A stretch of 64,000 nucleotides of DNA, taken from positions 310,001 to 374,000 of the forward strand of contig JAQGDQ010000043.1 of the NCBI GenBank assembly GCA_030141605.1, in the 5' to 3' direction. Position numbers and translations under genes: made by a program. Of the stretch, positions 1 through 12,844 are shown one piece after another (the stretch's first letter is position 1; each line of letters begins with the position of its first letter). The notes under the pieces were generated by a model. The model was not told the origin of the DNA. It was given only the letters and a program-made list of their open reading frames with translations, and did not search any database. Source of the stretch: Tubiluchus corallicola (taxonomy: Eukaryota; Animalia; Priapulida).

Positions 1-1249
1 CAAAACAGTTGTGAACAAACAAGATATTTTCCAGAACACAGGCCATTAGTGAATTCTTGGTTCCATAAGAGGAACCTTCTGGCCTCTTTCTGGCCTTTCT
101 TTTCTTTTCTAACGCTTCTTTCCTCGCCATCACCTCCCCTTCTTTTCCTTCGTTTGCCTGTCCTCGTCCTTTCGTTTTTGTTTCGCTTCGCTTCGCTCCC
201 TTCCCGCCTCCTCCCTTTCGTTCTCTTTCTTTCTCTTCCTACCTTGCTTTGTCTTGCTTTGCCGTATTTTTTGCTGCATGACTTTTCAGGTCCGCGTATC
301 TTTTACATTAATTACAAAAATTCAACACGTTGTTTTTTTTCAGGTACTTTGGAACAGCGTGGATTTTCCGAATGGATTAAGAAATCACAGCCGGCAAAAA
401 CAGATAGCGTTGTGAAAAGTAATTGCTATGATCTCCACCCTTGCATAATGAATTTTATACAACACAGAAAGCTGTTTAGATATATTCCCCTATGTCCAAA
501 CTTTTTATCTACATCTAAAGATGCAACTAGATAGCAGCGATCATGATTGTGTATTTTGTTATTTTTAGATAATTATTAGCTTTATATCTGATTCATTCCA
601 ATGTATAAAATTGCGTGAAGGACTATATATTTACAATTGACAGTTTATTTACAACAAAAGCGAGCTGCTTACTTGCAAATGGGCATTAGCGTTGTTCCCA
701 AATTCTAAGATAGCATGTTTATCACGAAGAAGTCATTAAGATTTTAAGTTAGTAGTATTGGGGTTACAAAGCGTGATAGTTCACTGGTTAGTATACATTA
801 CCTGAAAGCATCTAGAGCGAGAAATAAAGCTTTTGACGCATATAAATACACCCTGGAATGTTTACAAAGCTCACGCATAACTGAAGGTGCACTCTCTAGA
901 GTCTAGCCAATAGAACTTTTAGCAAATCATACTTATTCTATGATAATAACGCCTTACATAGTGTATCGAAGATGAGGCAAGAATCGGCAGAAGTGTCTTG
1001 TCCGGGACGTATAAAGAGCCTACCTCAATGATCGGACGCAGTTCGGCAGATGATTTCGTTTTCAGTTTGCAACAGATAGAGATACTTTGCTTAAAGCTTT
1101 TAAATTTGGAAATTTGAACGCAAGTATTACGTCCCCACCTAAAGAGAGATAGTGACATTATCGAAGACGAAAATGCGCAAAGGTATTTCACTAGAAGATT
1201 GTACACTAGATGTACAGCATTTACTGCTGTATCCTACCTTAACAACTTT

Positions 1250-1745
1250 TAACTTTGAATATGTTATCGTTAGAAGAAAAAATTCATTACGATATAAAAT
1301 GCGTTATAATATTATTCATCGCGAAAATGACTTAGAAATGAATTTTTTACTCATGCTCCTGGATTTTTTAGGGAGCTTTAAGACAAAGTTTAAAAAAATC
1401 GATCTGTATCGTCAGTTTATTAACATTCGTTTGCCATTAAAGTCAAATACTATAATTCACTCCATGAGCAGGTAAAAGGAGTCTGAACTGATAAATGCCG
1501 CCCCCAGTAAACTATTCAGGCAACGATTAATAAACATTGACTTTTCAACTCATTTTTATTTTTGCACACGCATGTAGGTAATAATTTTACTCTCCGTCTC
1601 CTCGTAGCCATGTTAACTTGTCTCGTTTGTTATTGTGCATCCTCTATTGCTTTATGCAGTTATTTTATGTATATATGCTTAAATACAGACCTTGGGTAAA
1701 AAGGTAATTTATAGATACTTTAATAAACAAATAAATAAATCGATA
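1250..1745 (+). mobile_element. Probable 3' remnant of a CR1/L2-group LINE
   Basis: Decayed peptide RRKNSLRYK...LGSFKTKFKK resembles the LINE ORF2 C-terminal S.RY...FK..LK pattern; followed by a UTR-like stretch and a (TAAA)n-like tail at ~1721-1745. Boundaries approximate. Confidence 0.35.
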
Positions 1746-2292
1746 AATAAGTGAAACCGCTTAGTAGCCAGCTGCCATCCATTTGCTAATCAGGACTGGC
1801 ATTACCTCATTTTGTAGCCGAGCACGCACATTGATAGGAATCAGGCAGTGGTAATTCTAAGAATAAGTATTTAAGCATACATAGTGCAATTATTTTTCTG
1901 TACACGATGAAGCACCTCGAAACTAAATTCTCAACGCTTTGTTGATTTAAGGCATAAATAGTTATGTATAAACACGTTTTTTGTTATTGTAGTATTTCAC
2001 ATAAATTGTTATCTCCCAGACGCTTGTTACAATAAGAAACAGCTTACAACATTCTTAAAGAACAGCTAACACAAGGAAGTTTACTTATATCATCCATTAT
2101 TGTTGTGTCTGGCAAATACAAACAACTAGACGTTTTTTTCAATTTACCGTATAGAAAACTTGGAAAATTACTGCTTTTAGCGTGCACATTTATTAAGACT
2201 TTGCATGGAGTATTCTAATAATTTGATATCATATTTATGTATGTAGGCTTGCAATGGAAGACGTGGATACAATGAAATATTCTTAGATACAT

Positions 2293-2701
<409 letters not shown>

Positions 2702-3003
2702 CGAACTATATAAAAAGCACTGAAGGAGGCATAAATGACCCAGTTTTGGCGCGCGTCCACAGCACGTAATTATTCAGTTTGAAGTGTACAAATTACGTAA
2801 CTGGAATAATTTTGTTTATTTTAAACTGGTTCATTTAATTATTAATGCAAACAAAAGATGTCGCCACGCCACTTGCGACTGGTTTTGCTATATTATTATC
2901 TTCAGTTTCCTACTTTTGTGAGTACAAGAAAAATCCAAGACTGTTGTGCACAGATTTTATCGTCTTGGCGGTTTCTCAGTCTCTCAGGTTAGTGTTTTTA
3001 CGT

Positions 3004-3005
3004 AT

Positions 3006-3042
<37 letters not shown>
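3004..3042. repeat. (TA)n microsatellite
   Basis: Directly visible. Confidence 0.95.
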
Positions 3043-3050
<8 letters not shown>

Positions 3051-4243
3051 TTTATAAAATAATACAAAGACAACAACATATAATTACAATTATATTTATA
3101 TCAATTTTATTTATTATTTATTAATTAAATTTTATATTATATATATGAGTGATATATTTACGTATTGCATAACAATTTTTACGCATATATAATATGTCTT
3201 TGTATTATTTTATAAATTGTGTTTTAGTAATTCATTACAGTACGTTCAGTGATCACTTATAACTAGTTTCATTTTCAGTTGTCCTTTTGTTGGTTTGAAA
3301 AAAATACTTTCTTTTTCAGAAAGATAATTGGCCTATGACACAACTGTTATGCAGGCCATTATCTGAAAGCCTAAACTGCGCAATACTTGTAGCAAATAGC
3401 TCAGTAATGATTGTTACACTAAGTTAAAATTAAGTTAATTAAAACTAAAATCATACAACATAAGTCATGGTACCACTTGTCACGAAATTTGAGATGTGTT
3501 TAGGATTTTGTAGAACTTGTTCTATCATTTTCATTTTTATTAATTTGCTAAACAAAGCAATGGACAAAGAATTTTTTACTTATTGTTCAATAATATTTCG
3601 TGCTTTAGTTTAACGTAGTTTTATTGCAAAAAAGAAGGGATTACAGTACGGCTAGAACAAGACAGTTTTACACATTTGCTGCAAAACGACAAAGAAAAGA
3701 GCAGACAATAATTACGAACAGTAGAAGCATTACAGTATAATTACTACCAGTACAGATGCATACATAGTGTTGAAAATAACAATAATATTACTATGAAAAC
3801 AATGTAAACAAGTATAATGGTTAGAAGCGTTTAGCAAAAAATATAAATTTCTTACGATTCCGTGTTTTTTTGGAATTATTTAACTGAATAAGAAACTAGG
3901 CAAAGACAAGCAAAATGGTGTCTATTTATCGAGCTTTAGTTGGTGCATTTTACCAAGCAACTATGAAAATTGACGACAACCAATATACATTCACTGTAGA
4001 CGTCATACAAATGAGAATATGAGTTTTTAAGTCAGAATGACGTCATTATTTAGCCCGAATTTCTCTCAAAACAAAATCTGGTGTTTCGTTATTGAATTTC
4101 TGTCTTTATCTGTGAGATATTTTCTTCACCGTCCAGATTTTTCATTTAGTGGCTCCTTTGTCTGCCTGGTTGTTAGAGACTGTATTTATCTTTTTATTTA
4201 ATTAAAATAGCTAAAGTGTGACTGAAATATGGAAATGCTAACA

Positions 4244-5244
4244 TTATTTCAGGGAAGGTTTAGAATTTTGCTGCCTGACCACAAAAATTGGCCGGGAAAG
4301 GCCACTACTGTCGTCTGGAGAAAAATAGTTTGCTTGGCATAGCAACTTCCTAACTCAATGACGAAATTCCTTCATAAGCAGAAAATATACAATTGGATCC
4401 AGAAAATAGTTTAATGTTAAACCCAGTGCTTTTATCATAAAAAATGGATTTTTGTCTTGCGGTTTTGTAAAACTGATTGTCCAGGTGAAGCATCGTTGGT
4501 GCATAAGTGTGATTGATGAACCGATGATTACCGCTGACATTCTAGCTGCCTTCACTTGCATTAGCAAACCGATTCTAGAATTTTTTGACAGTCGCATGAT
4601 ATTTCTTGCTGCTTTTATATGTGATTATGGTGTAAGCATTTACGATGAAAACCAGTTCTGTGTGAAATAATGTAATGCATAGAATACAGCACACCAGGAA
4701 TGAACCACAAGTTGAAATTCCCAGCAACAACGTTTTTGATGTATGTAGCTACCTTGAAAGCGAAAAGTCCAGCCAAGAACAATGAATATATTCTAGAAGT
4801 TATGATAAAGACCCCATATACTTGCGAGTTTATTTGCAACTTGTGGTATCAGACAGGACTGTTATTGCAATATAGCGATCGATAACAACAGCAGTGAAGA
4901 AAATCACATGCAGAATGATTAACATTCCAATTAGAAATAGATGTAGACAGCACCACTCTGTTGAAGGCTTTGGTTTCATTGTTAGCGTAAATGCCATTAC
5001 CAATATGAACTAAAAATACCATTACAGCAAATCTGTTGCTGCCAAGTTTGCCAGTAACTTGCAATGGAAATGTCTGTAGACGTCTGTACTTGTAAATGGC
5101 AATAATAACCATTGCATTTAGAAAAACTATAACTGTTCCTATCTGTGCATTTATAACCGACGTGGCAATATCACGCAGACTGATTATTGTTTTACTAAAT
5201 ACATACGAATCATCGATGCTTGAGATCACGGACTGATTAAGCAT
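4244..5244 (-). pseudogene. Intronless class A (rhodopsin-like) GPCR, frameshifted with in-frame stops
   Basis: Motifs appear in the right order on the - strand across several frames: NQS sequon at the N-terminus; TM1-ICL1 IGTVIVFLNAMVIIAIYKYRRLQT; TM2 ANLAATDLL (~5027-5053, shifted frame); TM3 AVVIDRYIAI (DRY at 4872-4880); SPV*YHKL (probable CGA>TGA in P.RY); TM6 AARMSAVIIGSSI; TM7/helix 8 LNYFLDPIVYFLLMKEFR, then *VRKLLC with the tail ending at TAA 4244-4246. Confidence 0.85.
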
Positions 5245-6552
5245 TCTGATTGCGATGTTGATCAGTTTTCTGTTAATCAGGCTTCAAAATTTCTGTACGT
5301 CACCAAACTTCGAAATTGACATTTACAGATAGCAAAGAAAAAACCGAAATTTCGTGAGACGACACAAGTTAATGAGAACATTGCGGCTTTTGGTAAAGCA
5401 GTTTGCAATCAACATATTCGCGATCTTATTATTTAATTATTATGTGTGATCCTACTTTTTAACAAGAATCGCTATACGTATTTGTACTAATAAGATGAAG
5501 CCTGTAGATGTACTTATTACTGCTTGAGGGAAGCCAGTCTTTGTGTAAGCAATCTTTTTTTGTTGGATAGAAACACTTGAACTTTACTACACACATGTTT
5601 TCTTTTACACTGCGTTGTGTTGAGTAGGTTATTGTTTTTGCTACTACCACTAAAATTAGAATAAATACAGTTGAAGCAAAAATTAGTTACCCAAGTATGG
5701 AGTATAGAGTGAATTTGAGAAAAAAAATCACAAGACCAGTGGGAAAATAATTTCATTTCAAACAGTAAAAATTATAAGGCAAAGTTCACACACACATATA
5801 TATAATTGCAATACTAATTAAATTCGAAAGAGGTTGAGCAGGCAAAATAAAAAAGTAACAGTTAATAAGCGTTTATGTAAGTGACCTGACGAAAAACAAA
5901 GTTGCCATTGTCAACAGTGACAATTTGTACTTCATTTTTTTAATCTCTTCTAATAGGTGAACACATCTGAACACGTTTTTTCTATGTTTCTCGAGATACA
6001 AGTTTTTGGTAATTTTCTTTTTCGCTAGACAAGCTAAATCTTGCAATTGGTATTAAATGCTATACAATTTAATGTTTAGCAAACAAAAAACTTAAAAGTT
6101 TAGTCGTTCATTAAATTTAAGTTTATTATTTTTAGTCCACATTTTCATTTTTAATTGGGAAATTTTTACAGATCTATGGGTTTTGTCAACGTTAAACATG
6201 CTCTGGAAATACGTTTTCGGTATCTTGTGATGTTCCCGTTTCACATTGGTACCAATATACGATTATTTATTTGTAGAACAAAAGCATTAATACTACTTGG
6301 ATGAAGTAGTAATAATATTTTTTACTATATTTTTAATATTCTCAATGTTTGGAAACTCACGCCCATAAACTAATGACACTTAAGGTCCTTTTCGTCGACA
6401 TAGTGTAAAGGAACTTGTTAATGTAACATCGTGAAATGTAAAGCGTGTGATATACTTTGGGAAAAACTAAATAGTGAATTTGCATTGATTTCAGATCAGG
6501 TTCTAGCAGAGAAGGGTTTATTCAGCAGCTCGAGACATATATCGTGAAAGAA

Positions 6553-6594
6553 ATGAAAACTACCGTGTTCTATGTTCTCTTTGCTGTTCTTATG
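6553..6594 (+). CDS. Exon 1 (signal peptide MKTTVFYVLFAVLM) of a secreted Asp-rich protein
   Basis: ATG at 6553, 14 codons (basic residue then hydrophobic core), consensus donor ATG|gtaagt at 6595 (phase 0). A ttgatttcag acceptor ending at 6494 suggests a 5' UTR exon further upstream. Confidence 0.8.
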
Positions 6595-6739
6595 GTAAGT
6601 CAGGTTCAGGCGATCGCATTTTATTTCCATTAAACAGAATTGCTGAAATTATGACGAACAAAAATTCTGTCAGTATTAGCTTCTTTTCTACCACTCATAT
6701 AATTAGAGCGATGGTGCAATGTTGTAACTAGATACGCTA

Positions 6740-6900
6740 CAATATTGTGCCCTGTATATTTTGCACGATTACTGAAGCACCATTACTTTTGCTTCGCAAA
6801 TTTTTGCGAAGCAAACAGCTGTACACCATTTTACGAGATTTTCAAAAACTGTAGTCCGCAAAAGTTTTTGCCAAAAGGCAGGAATTTACCAGCTAACTAC
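6740..6900. mobile_element. Possible MITE / non-autonomous DNA transposon remnant in the intron
   Basis: Contains the perfect palindrome tttgcttcgcaaa-tt-tttgcgaagcaaa (6788-6815) and related cgcaaaa/ttttacg motifs, a pattern typical of short invertebrate MITEs. No clean TIR or TSD identified. Confidence 0.3.
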
Positions 6901-7199
6901 TCAAACTATTTCATATTACATGCTTGGGATCAAATTGGCAACATTAATTACTTATAGTTTTCCTCATTTACTGTTTTATTTCTTCAAAGGGCGCTTAGTA
7001 CTAAGTCGCCTTTGAAGAAATAACATAATTTCGAAAATGTAGGGACACTGCCCCGAGAATACGCAATTTTCTTTATCCACTGTTGTATAACCGTACCTTT
7101 TATTTGAGTTTCAATTCTTGAAACTTGAATTAGTGTTACGATATAGTGTACATTGATTATATAGTGCTATGATGAGATCTTAAGCTTGCTATGCTATGT

Positions 7200-7285
7200 T
7201 GAACCGATAATTCAATTCAAACGGTAGAGCGTGCGAGCTAGAAATCACCGTCCCGGGTTCATATCCTGACTAAGTACAATTTTTT
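7200..7285 (+). mobile_element. Degenerate tRNA-derived sequence (SINE head or tRNA pseudogene)
   Basis: A-box-like ...aaacggtagagcg... and B-box-like ggttcatatcc at tRNA-like spacing, followed by a T-run; acceptor stem not intact. Confidence 0.4.
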
Positions 7286-8012
7286 AGCGCTTTCTTTTTC
7301 AGTTAATCAGCAGTTAGGCTATAACTGTTGTAAGCGTGCTGTCTTTCTAAGTGTTTATTTAACAGTTTAGGCTCAGCAGCAGTTACCGAATTTACTGAAT
7401 GTAAGGTCAAACTACTAAGCTGACTAACAAGTTGGCAATACCCCTTAAAAGGAAAAAGACAAAAACGCCCTAATTTCATATGTCTTTAATCGCTGAGCTC
7501 AGCTGGTAGTAATTTTTCTCGGATTATCGGGGGGGGGGGGCGGTGGGTGAAGGCTAGCGGTGAAAATAAAATTTTTTATTGCGATCTGATTTGAAAATAT
7601 GGGTACCGCTGTACCAGGTTCTACCGGTTTTGCTGGAGGTAAACTAGTTGACACATATTCACGCATTTTATCAGGAGTAGTATTAATAATTTGTTCCTCC
7701 TAGATTGCGTTATAGCGTTTTAATAGAACAATTAGCAGATGTAATGAGGGCCACTATTAATATTCACCGTTGAAGATACTAGTCCTATCCCAGTAATTGC
7801 CAAAAATGAAGTCTGGTGAGAGTTTTCATTTTTGTGTCAAATCAAAGTGGGCCTGAGTAAACGGACGAAACGAAAATTAATAGCAAATTTGTGTTAGATT
7901 TTAATTCTAATGTTTTTTAATTGAAAAAAAACAGAAAAGCTTCGTCTTATTTGATATCTAATAACTGGTAATTTTAAAGTGAATCAATTTGCACGAATGT
8001 TCACCGTTACAG

Positions 8013-8801
8013 GTAACCAATTCAGATGGACGTTCAACAGTCTCAGTCAGTCATCCAAACCACATATTCATCAGTAATTCAGCCAAAAATATTCCACGTA
8101 AGCACGTAAGGAACTACAGACATAGTAAACCACTTAGTGAGCACGTTGTTTATGATCCCGGATACGAATACATCAAAGTTAATGTCGACAATATCTACAA
8201 TAGAGGTAACCATTATGAATATGACGGTTTTGCTGATAATGATGGTGACAGTGATGACTACAGTGACGACATCCAAGCTGATAGTTATTATGATAAAGTT
8301 GTGGGTAGAAGTGACTTCGTCAGTGAAGCCCAAGCTGACTTGCTAGTCACAGACCACAGCATGGTTGATGAATACGGAAATAACATGAATTATGATGAAA
8401 ATGATAAACATTTGGATCATGATGATGATGATGACGATGGCAATGATCACCAAGTCTATTATGACGATGTAGAAAGTCATGGTATTGATGATGATGATGG
8501 TGATGATGATGACGACGACGACGACGATGATGTTGATGATGGTAACAACGATGATGAAGATGATAAGCATTGTGACTATGGTAACGATTATAACGATGAT
8601 AATCAATGTGAGATTGATCAAAATAATGAAGATACCAGATTGACTGAAGAAGACACAGAAGATATTCTCGACCGAACGACGAAGAAGACACAGAACGAAC
8701 AAGTCGATCACCAAAGAACAATTAAGTATAAGATCAAGGAGTTTTATAACAAATTAAAAGACAGTCCCAGGCGTTTAGAAAGAATAGAAAACTCTAAATG
8801 A
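8013..8801 (+). CDS. Exon 2 of the secreted Asp-rich acidic protein (~276 aa spliced)
   Basis: Acceptor ttacag| at 8012 is in frame with ORF 7989-8801, giving MKTTVFYVLFAVLM-VTNSDG/RSTV... (plausible cleavage after S-D-G). D-rich core uses mixed GAT/GAC codons interspersed with Y/N/H/G. AATAAA at 9232. Confidence 0.82.
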   Translation, partial: VTNSDGRSTVSVSHPNHIFISNSAKNIPRKHVRNYRHSKPLSEHVVYDPGYEYIKVNVDNIYNRGNHYEYDGFADNDGDSDDYSDDIQADSYYDKVVGRSDFVSEAQADLLVTDHSMVDEYGNNMNYDENDKHLDHDDDDDDGNDHQVYYDDVESHGIDDDDGDDDDDDDDDDVDDGNNDDEDDKHCDYGNDYNDDNQCEIDQNNEDTRLTEEDTEDILDRTTKKTQNEQVDHQRTIKYKIKEFYNKLKDSPRRLERIENSK

Positions 8802-10839
8802 AAATGTGTGCTGCTGAATCCTCAAGCTGTGGAATTTTCCAAAACGGATTTTACAAAATTTTCCATCAATGACAAATTTATTCAATAGATCATCAGAAGA
8901 ATGCTGACTGGCAGAAAATAGTTGTTTTAATTTTCAGTTCTGTGAAATTAAAAAGTGTGTTACGCTACCAAAAGCGGGTTCAATACCTTAGTTATACGAC
9001 AAAAGTGTATACAGTTAATAAGGGTATTAAGCCTATATTAACGCAAGTCGTCAAGTCTTGCGCCATCGTTCAAGGCCGAAATTATAATGTTACGTCAAAC
9101 AAAAGTGAGTGCTAAAATAAGAAGTCTGATTGCAGAAAAAGTAAAAAAATATTGAAGCCTTTTAATTGTTTGATAGCAATTTGTTTAAACTGAAAAATGT
9201 AAATAATATATTTCTGAGGAACTTTAGTGTCAATAAAGCAACAAAAACAACGGCTATTGTTGATGGCAACATGGTATTTCTTTACTGCTTCGCTTCATTG
9301 CAGACCTGCATCATCATTGGAGCACTTTCACAAGCCAGCTAAATACGTTAAATTATCCATATTTGGCAAATAAATGTAACTACGTCAAACTGGAATTTAT
9401 TGCCGACCGGCTTCGAACAAAACTGTTCATTATCAAGGCAACTAAAACAAAGATATTTACCAGAATTTATAAACAACATCGAAATACAATTCAGTAGTTT
9501 GATAGCCAAAAGATATATGATATAACGTTATACAGATAATTTAACAATTTACCTTACACACTACATTATCTTGATTGGGAACAATGTAACACTCCACAAA
9601 CAAACAAACAAACCAATACGTTAGTAGTAACAGAAATGTCAATATTAGGGAACTGCCATTTTGTTACTGCATTCCACAAACCATGGTGCACTGTTGGTGT
9701 TGTACTTATTTTATATGCGTACGTATTTTATTTTGTTGTATGTATTTTTTATTTTAGTGATTAAGAAATGACATTAACTTTGATCTTTCCCCATATTCTC
9801 CCCTTCGCTGTATTAAATCTTTACAAAACTTCTACCTTACAGCATAAGAAAGAGTCATCTTAGAATTTTGTACCATTTACATGCTGTCTTGTCGCATACA
9901 CAGCTTGCGTTTGCAGTAACGCTGTATAAAACTTGTAATGTATTGTAAAAATGACCAGAACTTTTCGTAGCGCAATCTTTAAAGGACAAGAAAAGGGGTA
10001 CCTGAAGTAGGTTTCAGAAAAATCGCCTTAGAAATTATATTACTTTACAGCAATTTTTGCATATATCCTACTCTATAAGGATTTTTTGTTTGTTTTCATT
10101 TTAAATTCACGCAATAGTACTTCCAATAGCGCCATTGCACGACGTCACCTAAGCAAACGTAAATCAGGGGAAGAAAAGGCAATGTTAAATTGTGTCCCAA
10201 AAAATTTTCCATGCAAATCTATATTACTTAGTATTTCGCTTACCTATTGGAATGACTTATGTAACTGGAAATGATAATTTAAAATGTTCGTGCCAATTGG
10301 TAAAATGTCGCTGGCTCACCCTTCAGGGTGCTCCGCTGACTAACCAAAAACGCATTTTAATCTTATTGACAAAAGCAGTAATTTAAAATTTTAATTTGTT
10401 AGTAACATGTGTGTGCTACGTATACTCTGATTCTTTTTTTCAAACTTCACGCAGTGTGATCTGAACTTGTATCAAAAAAGCTAGTATTAAAATGGCTGCG
10501 CCTAACTGTCATCGCGGGAGTTTAAATTTACATGTTTTATACAGCGTTATTGCTGACGCAAGCCCTGCATGCAAAAAGACAGTATGTAAGTGGTATAAAA
10601 TTTCAAGACGAATTTTTTAAGCTTTGTGTAAGCGGAACGTTTTCTTGTGCTTTAAGTAAAATATAAATTACTTTGTAAGTCAATAAGATCAATGTATTTT
10701 TAGTGAATGAGTGGTGTACACAGGGAAAGCCTACTAAGCATAATGCTAAGTGATATAACCTACGTGGAAAGTTTTTGTGATATGTTTCAAATTACCCTTC
10801 AAAATATGTATCAAAAACTTATTAAATACAAAAATATGT

Positions 10840-11545
10840 ATTTTTATTCAACTCATACCATAATTTAAAGCGTTATAGACATAATTCCATTTGTGGTTAC
10901 ATACAGATGTGGGCTGGGAGACCCATACGTGGCAAAAACGCCGCAAAACGTACGGGCCACCTAGACCATTAAGCATACAAAAATGTACATGCAGTCTGAT
11001 CGATGATGACAAGTATAGTGATAAACAATAAGTGATGATCAGTGAACAATTTATCATACAGGATATTAACTATTAATATATTATATTATAGGATTTTACC
11101 GATGATTGAAGTATAAATACACACAAGCAGATATGAAATAGTCATAATTATAGCAACTAGTTAACGACGATTATAATAAACTGTACATACGTAATAATAT
11201 ATCAAGTATACAAATATAAGAATATGTATTATTTACAATGCATGGTGAAGAATTTATAACAATGAGTATTAACTTTATCAGTTACATAACTCGGAAGATT
11301 ATTAATTAAGAAGAAGAAATAAGAAGAAATGATATACGCAAAAGTACGGTTTGAAAATATTAAATGTAAGTTAGGTGGACATATAGGTAAAATTGTTAAT
11401 CAGTTCTCGCAATGTGGGTAAAGACATGAAATAAGCAGATAATAAATGATTAGAACATTTAAAATAAAATTTAAGTTTTGAGACAGCAAGTAAATGTTCA
11501 ACCTTCAACACTTTAAATTGATGGAAAAGAGGTTCAGTATCCAGA
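10840..11545 (-). mobile_element. 5'-truncated CR1/L2-group LINE 3' fragment
   Basis: DTEPLFHQFKVLKVEHL...KLKFYFKCSNHLLSAYF matches the (H)TEPLF..L..LK...LKF.YK..N..LP.YF segment of LINE ORF2 C-termini; downstream UTR-like sequence. Boundaries approximate. Confidence 0.6.
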
Positions 11546-12714
11546 TCCATCGGCACAAATTGAAGCTCCTTGAAACTCTCAACATGCTAACGAAAAGTAA
11601 ATTATTATTTGTGTTTTTCTAACTAGGTGGCAGCACTTAGAGACGTGTCAATTTATTAAGAACGAAAAGTTCATTTGACTTTATAATTGAGAGTGGCGGA
11701 CAATGATATGAAATTGTAAATTATCTTTATTAAAAAAATTCAATTTTTCTTATTTCTTTTCTTTTTTTTCTTTACACGCTTGAAGTTGGAACTTGATAAT
11801 AAATTTAATAATAATAAATAAAGACATTAATGGTGAGTCTAACAAATTTAACCAATGATTCAATAAAGCACTATTGCTTTCAATTTAATATGATTTTCTG
11901 TGATTAAGCTTTTATTTTTTTCAAAACAGTCTGTAATAATTATAATATAGTTATGCAGCAACAAATCAAGAGAAAGAATTAATACATTTTAAAGGTTAAT
12001 CAAATGTTATATTGCTAGAGAAAATCGGTGAAAATGATCTTTGTACACAATAACAAATTCTGTATTTTTGTTTAGAAAACGTTCTATTATTATGCTCACG
12101 ATACACTCCTGACTTTATGACTGCTCTTCTTATTTCAGCTCATTTAGAGTCTGAAGGTGCGCCGCTACAAAGAGAGTATACATATATATATGTATACGGT
12201 GACATTCTCATACTTACTTTTGTTAGTATAACTTAACTCAGGTAAACTTCTCACAGTTCTATTAAGCGTCTCAGTGAGCCTTAAATTTAGGTAAATGTAT
12301 AAGTTATTTGGTAAATAGCACAACCTAACATAATGCTTATGAGGATTATTAAAATATGTTACTATACGTAGTCAGTAGAAACTATCTGTTGTTTAGCAAG
12401 CTTTGTAAGAAAGCCTAATTGTAAATCTTTGAAGGAAATTAATATTTTTTGAATCCAATAACTGGTTCAAATATTTACTGGTACATCGACCGAAATCTTG
12501 TCTGGACTTCCTTAAATAAGCAAAACGTTTGTAAACTTTTCAAAAATACCAAAAAATTTGTGCCAATTACTGTGAATGAAAGGATGTTTTGTTTTTTCAA
12601 TACTTTGTGAAAATTTTGCGAATCAAAAGAACCTGTTCAAAGTGTAATTGGTGTGTGCATACTTAGTTAGGGCCTTCAGTAATTACATAAACAAGTTTTA
12701 CTATCATTCCGTTT

Positions 12715-12835
12715 CTCAGTTCTTTAAAAAATATTTTAAAGTATTTGCTTTTTTGCAAGAATTTGGTAAACAGTTGCAAAGTTGTGGGCCCTTGTACAGC
12801 AAGCTTTCTTTTCCGAAAGCTACAGTTTCGAATGG
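12715..12835 (-). mobile_element. LINE ORF2 C-terminal fragment (CR1/L2 group)
   Basis: Minus strand reads TVAFGKESLLYKGPQLCNCLPNSCKKANTLKYFLKKLR, matching the T..(Y/F)G..S..Y.GP..WN.LP....FK..LK terminal motif. Confidence 0.55.
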
Positions 12836-12844
12836 TATTGGCCG

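Noticed and set aside
49-534. 161-aa L/F/S/P-rich ORF and an open R/K/E-rich antisense frame running off the window start
   Set aside because: Both arise from a pyrimidine/purine-skewed low-complexity tract (~80-260) that lacks stops; no domain or convincing start/splice support.
7200-7285. Functional tRNA gene
   Set aside because: Cloverleaf stems do not pair and the B box is degenerate; treated as a SINE/pseudogene remnant.
8079-8721. Antisense and alternate-frame ORFs (poly-His, poly-Ile, Met-rich) over the Asp-rich exon
   Set aside because: Shadows of GAT/GAC repeats; only the + frame has a matching signal-peptide exon.
12139-12185. Good acceptor followed by HLESEGAPLQRE, resembling a signal-cleavage exon
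   Set aside because: No partner exon or consensus donor found; too short to support.
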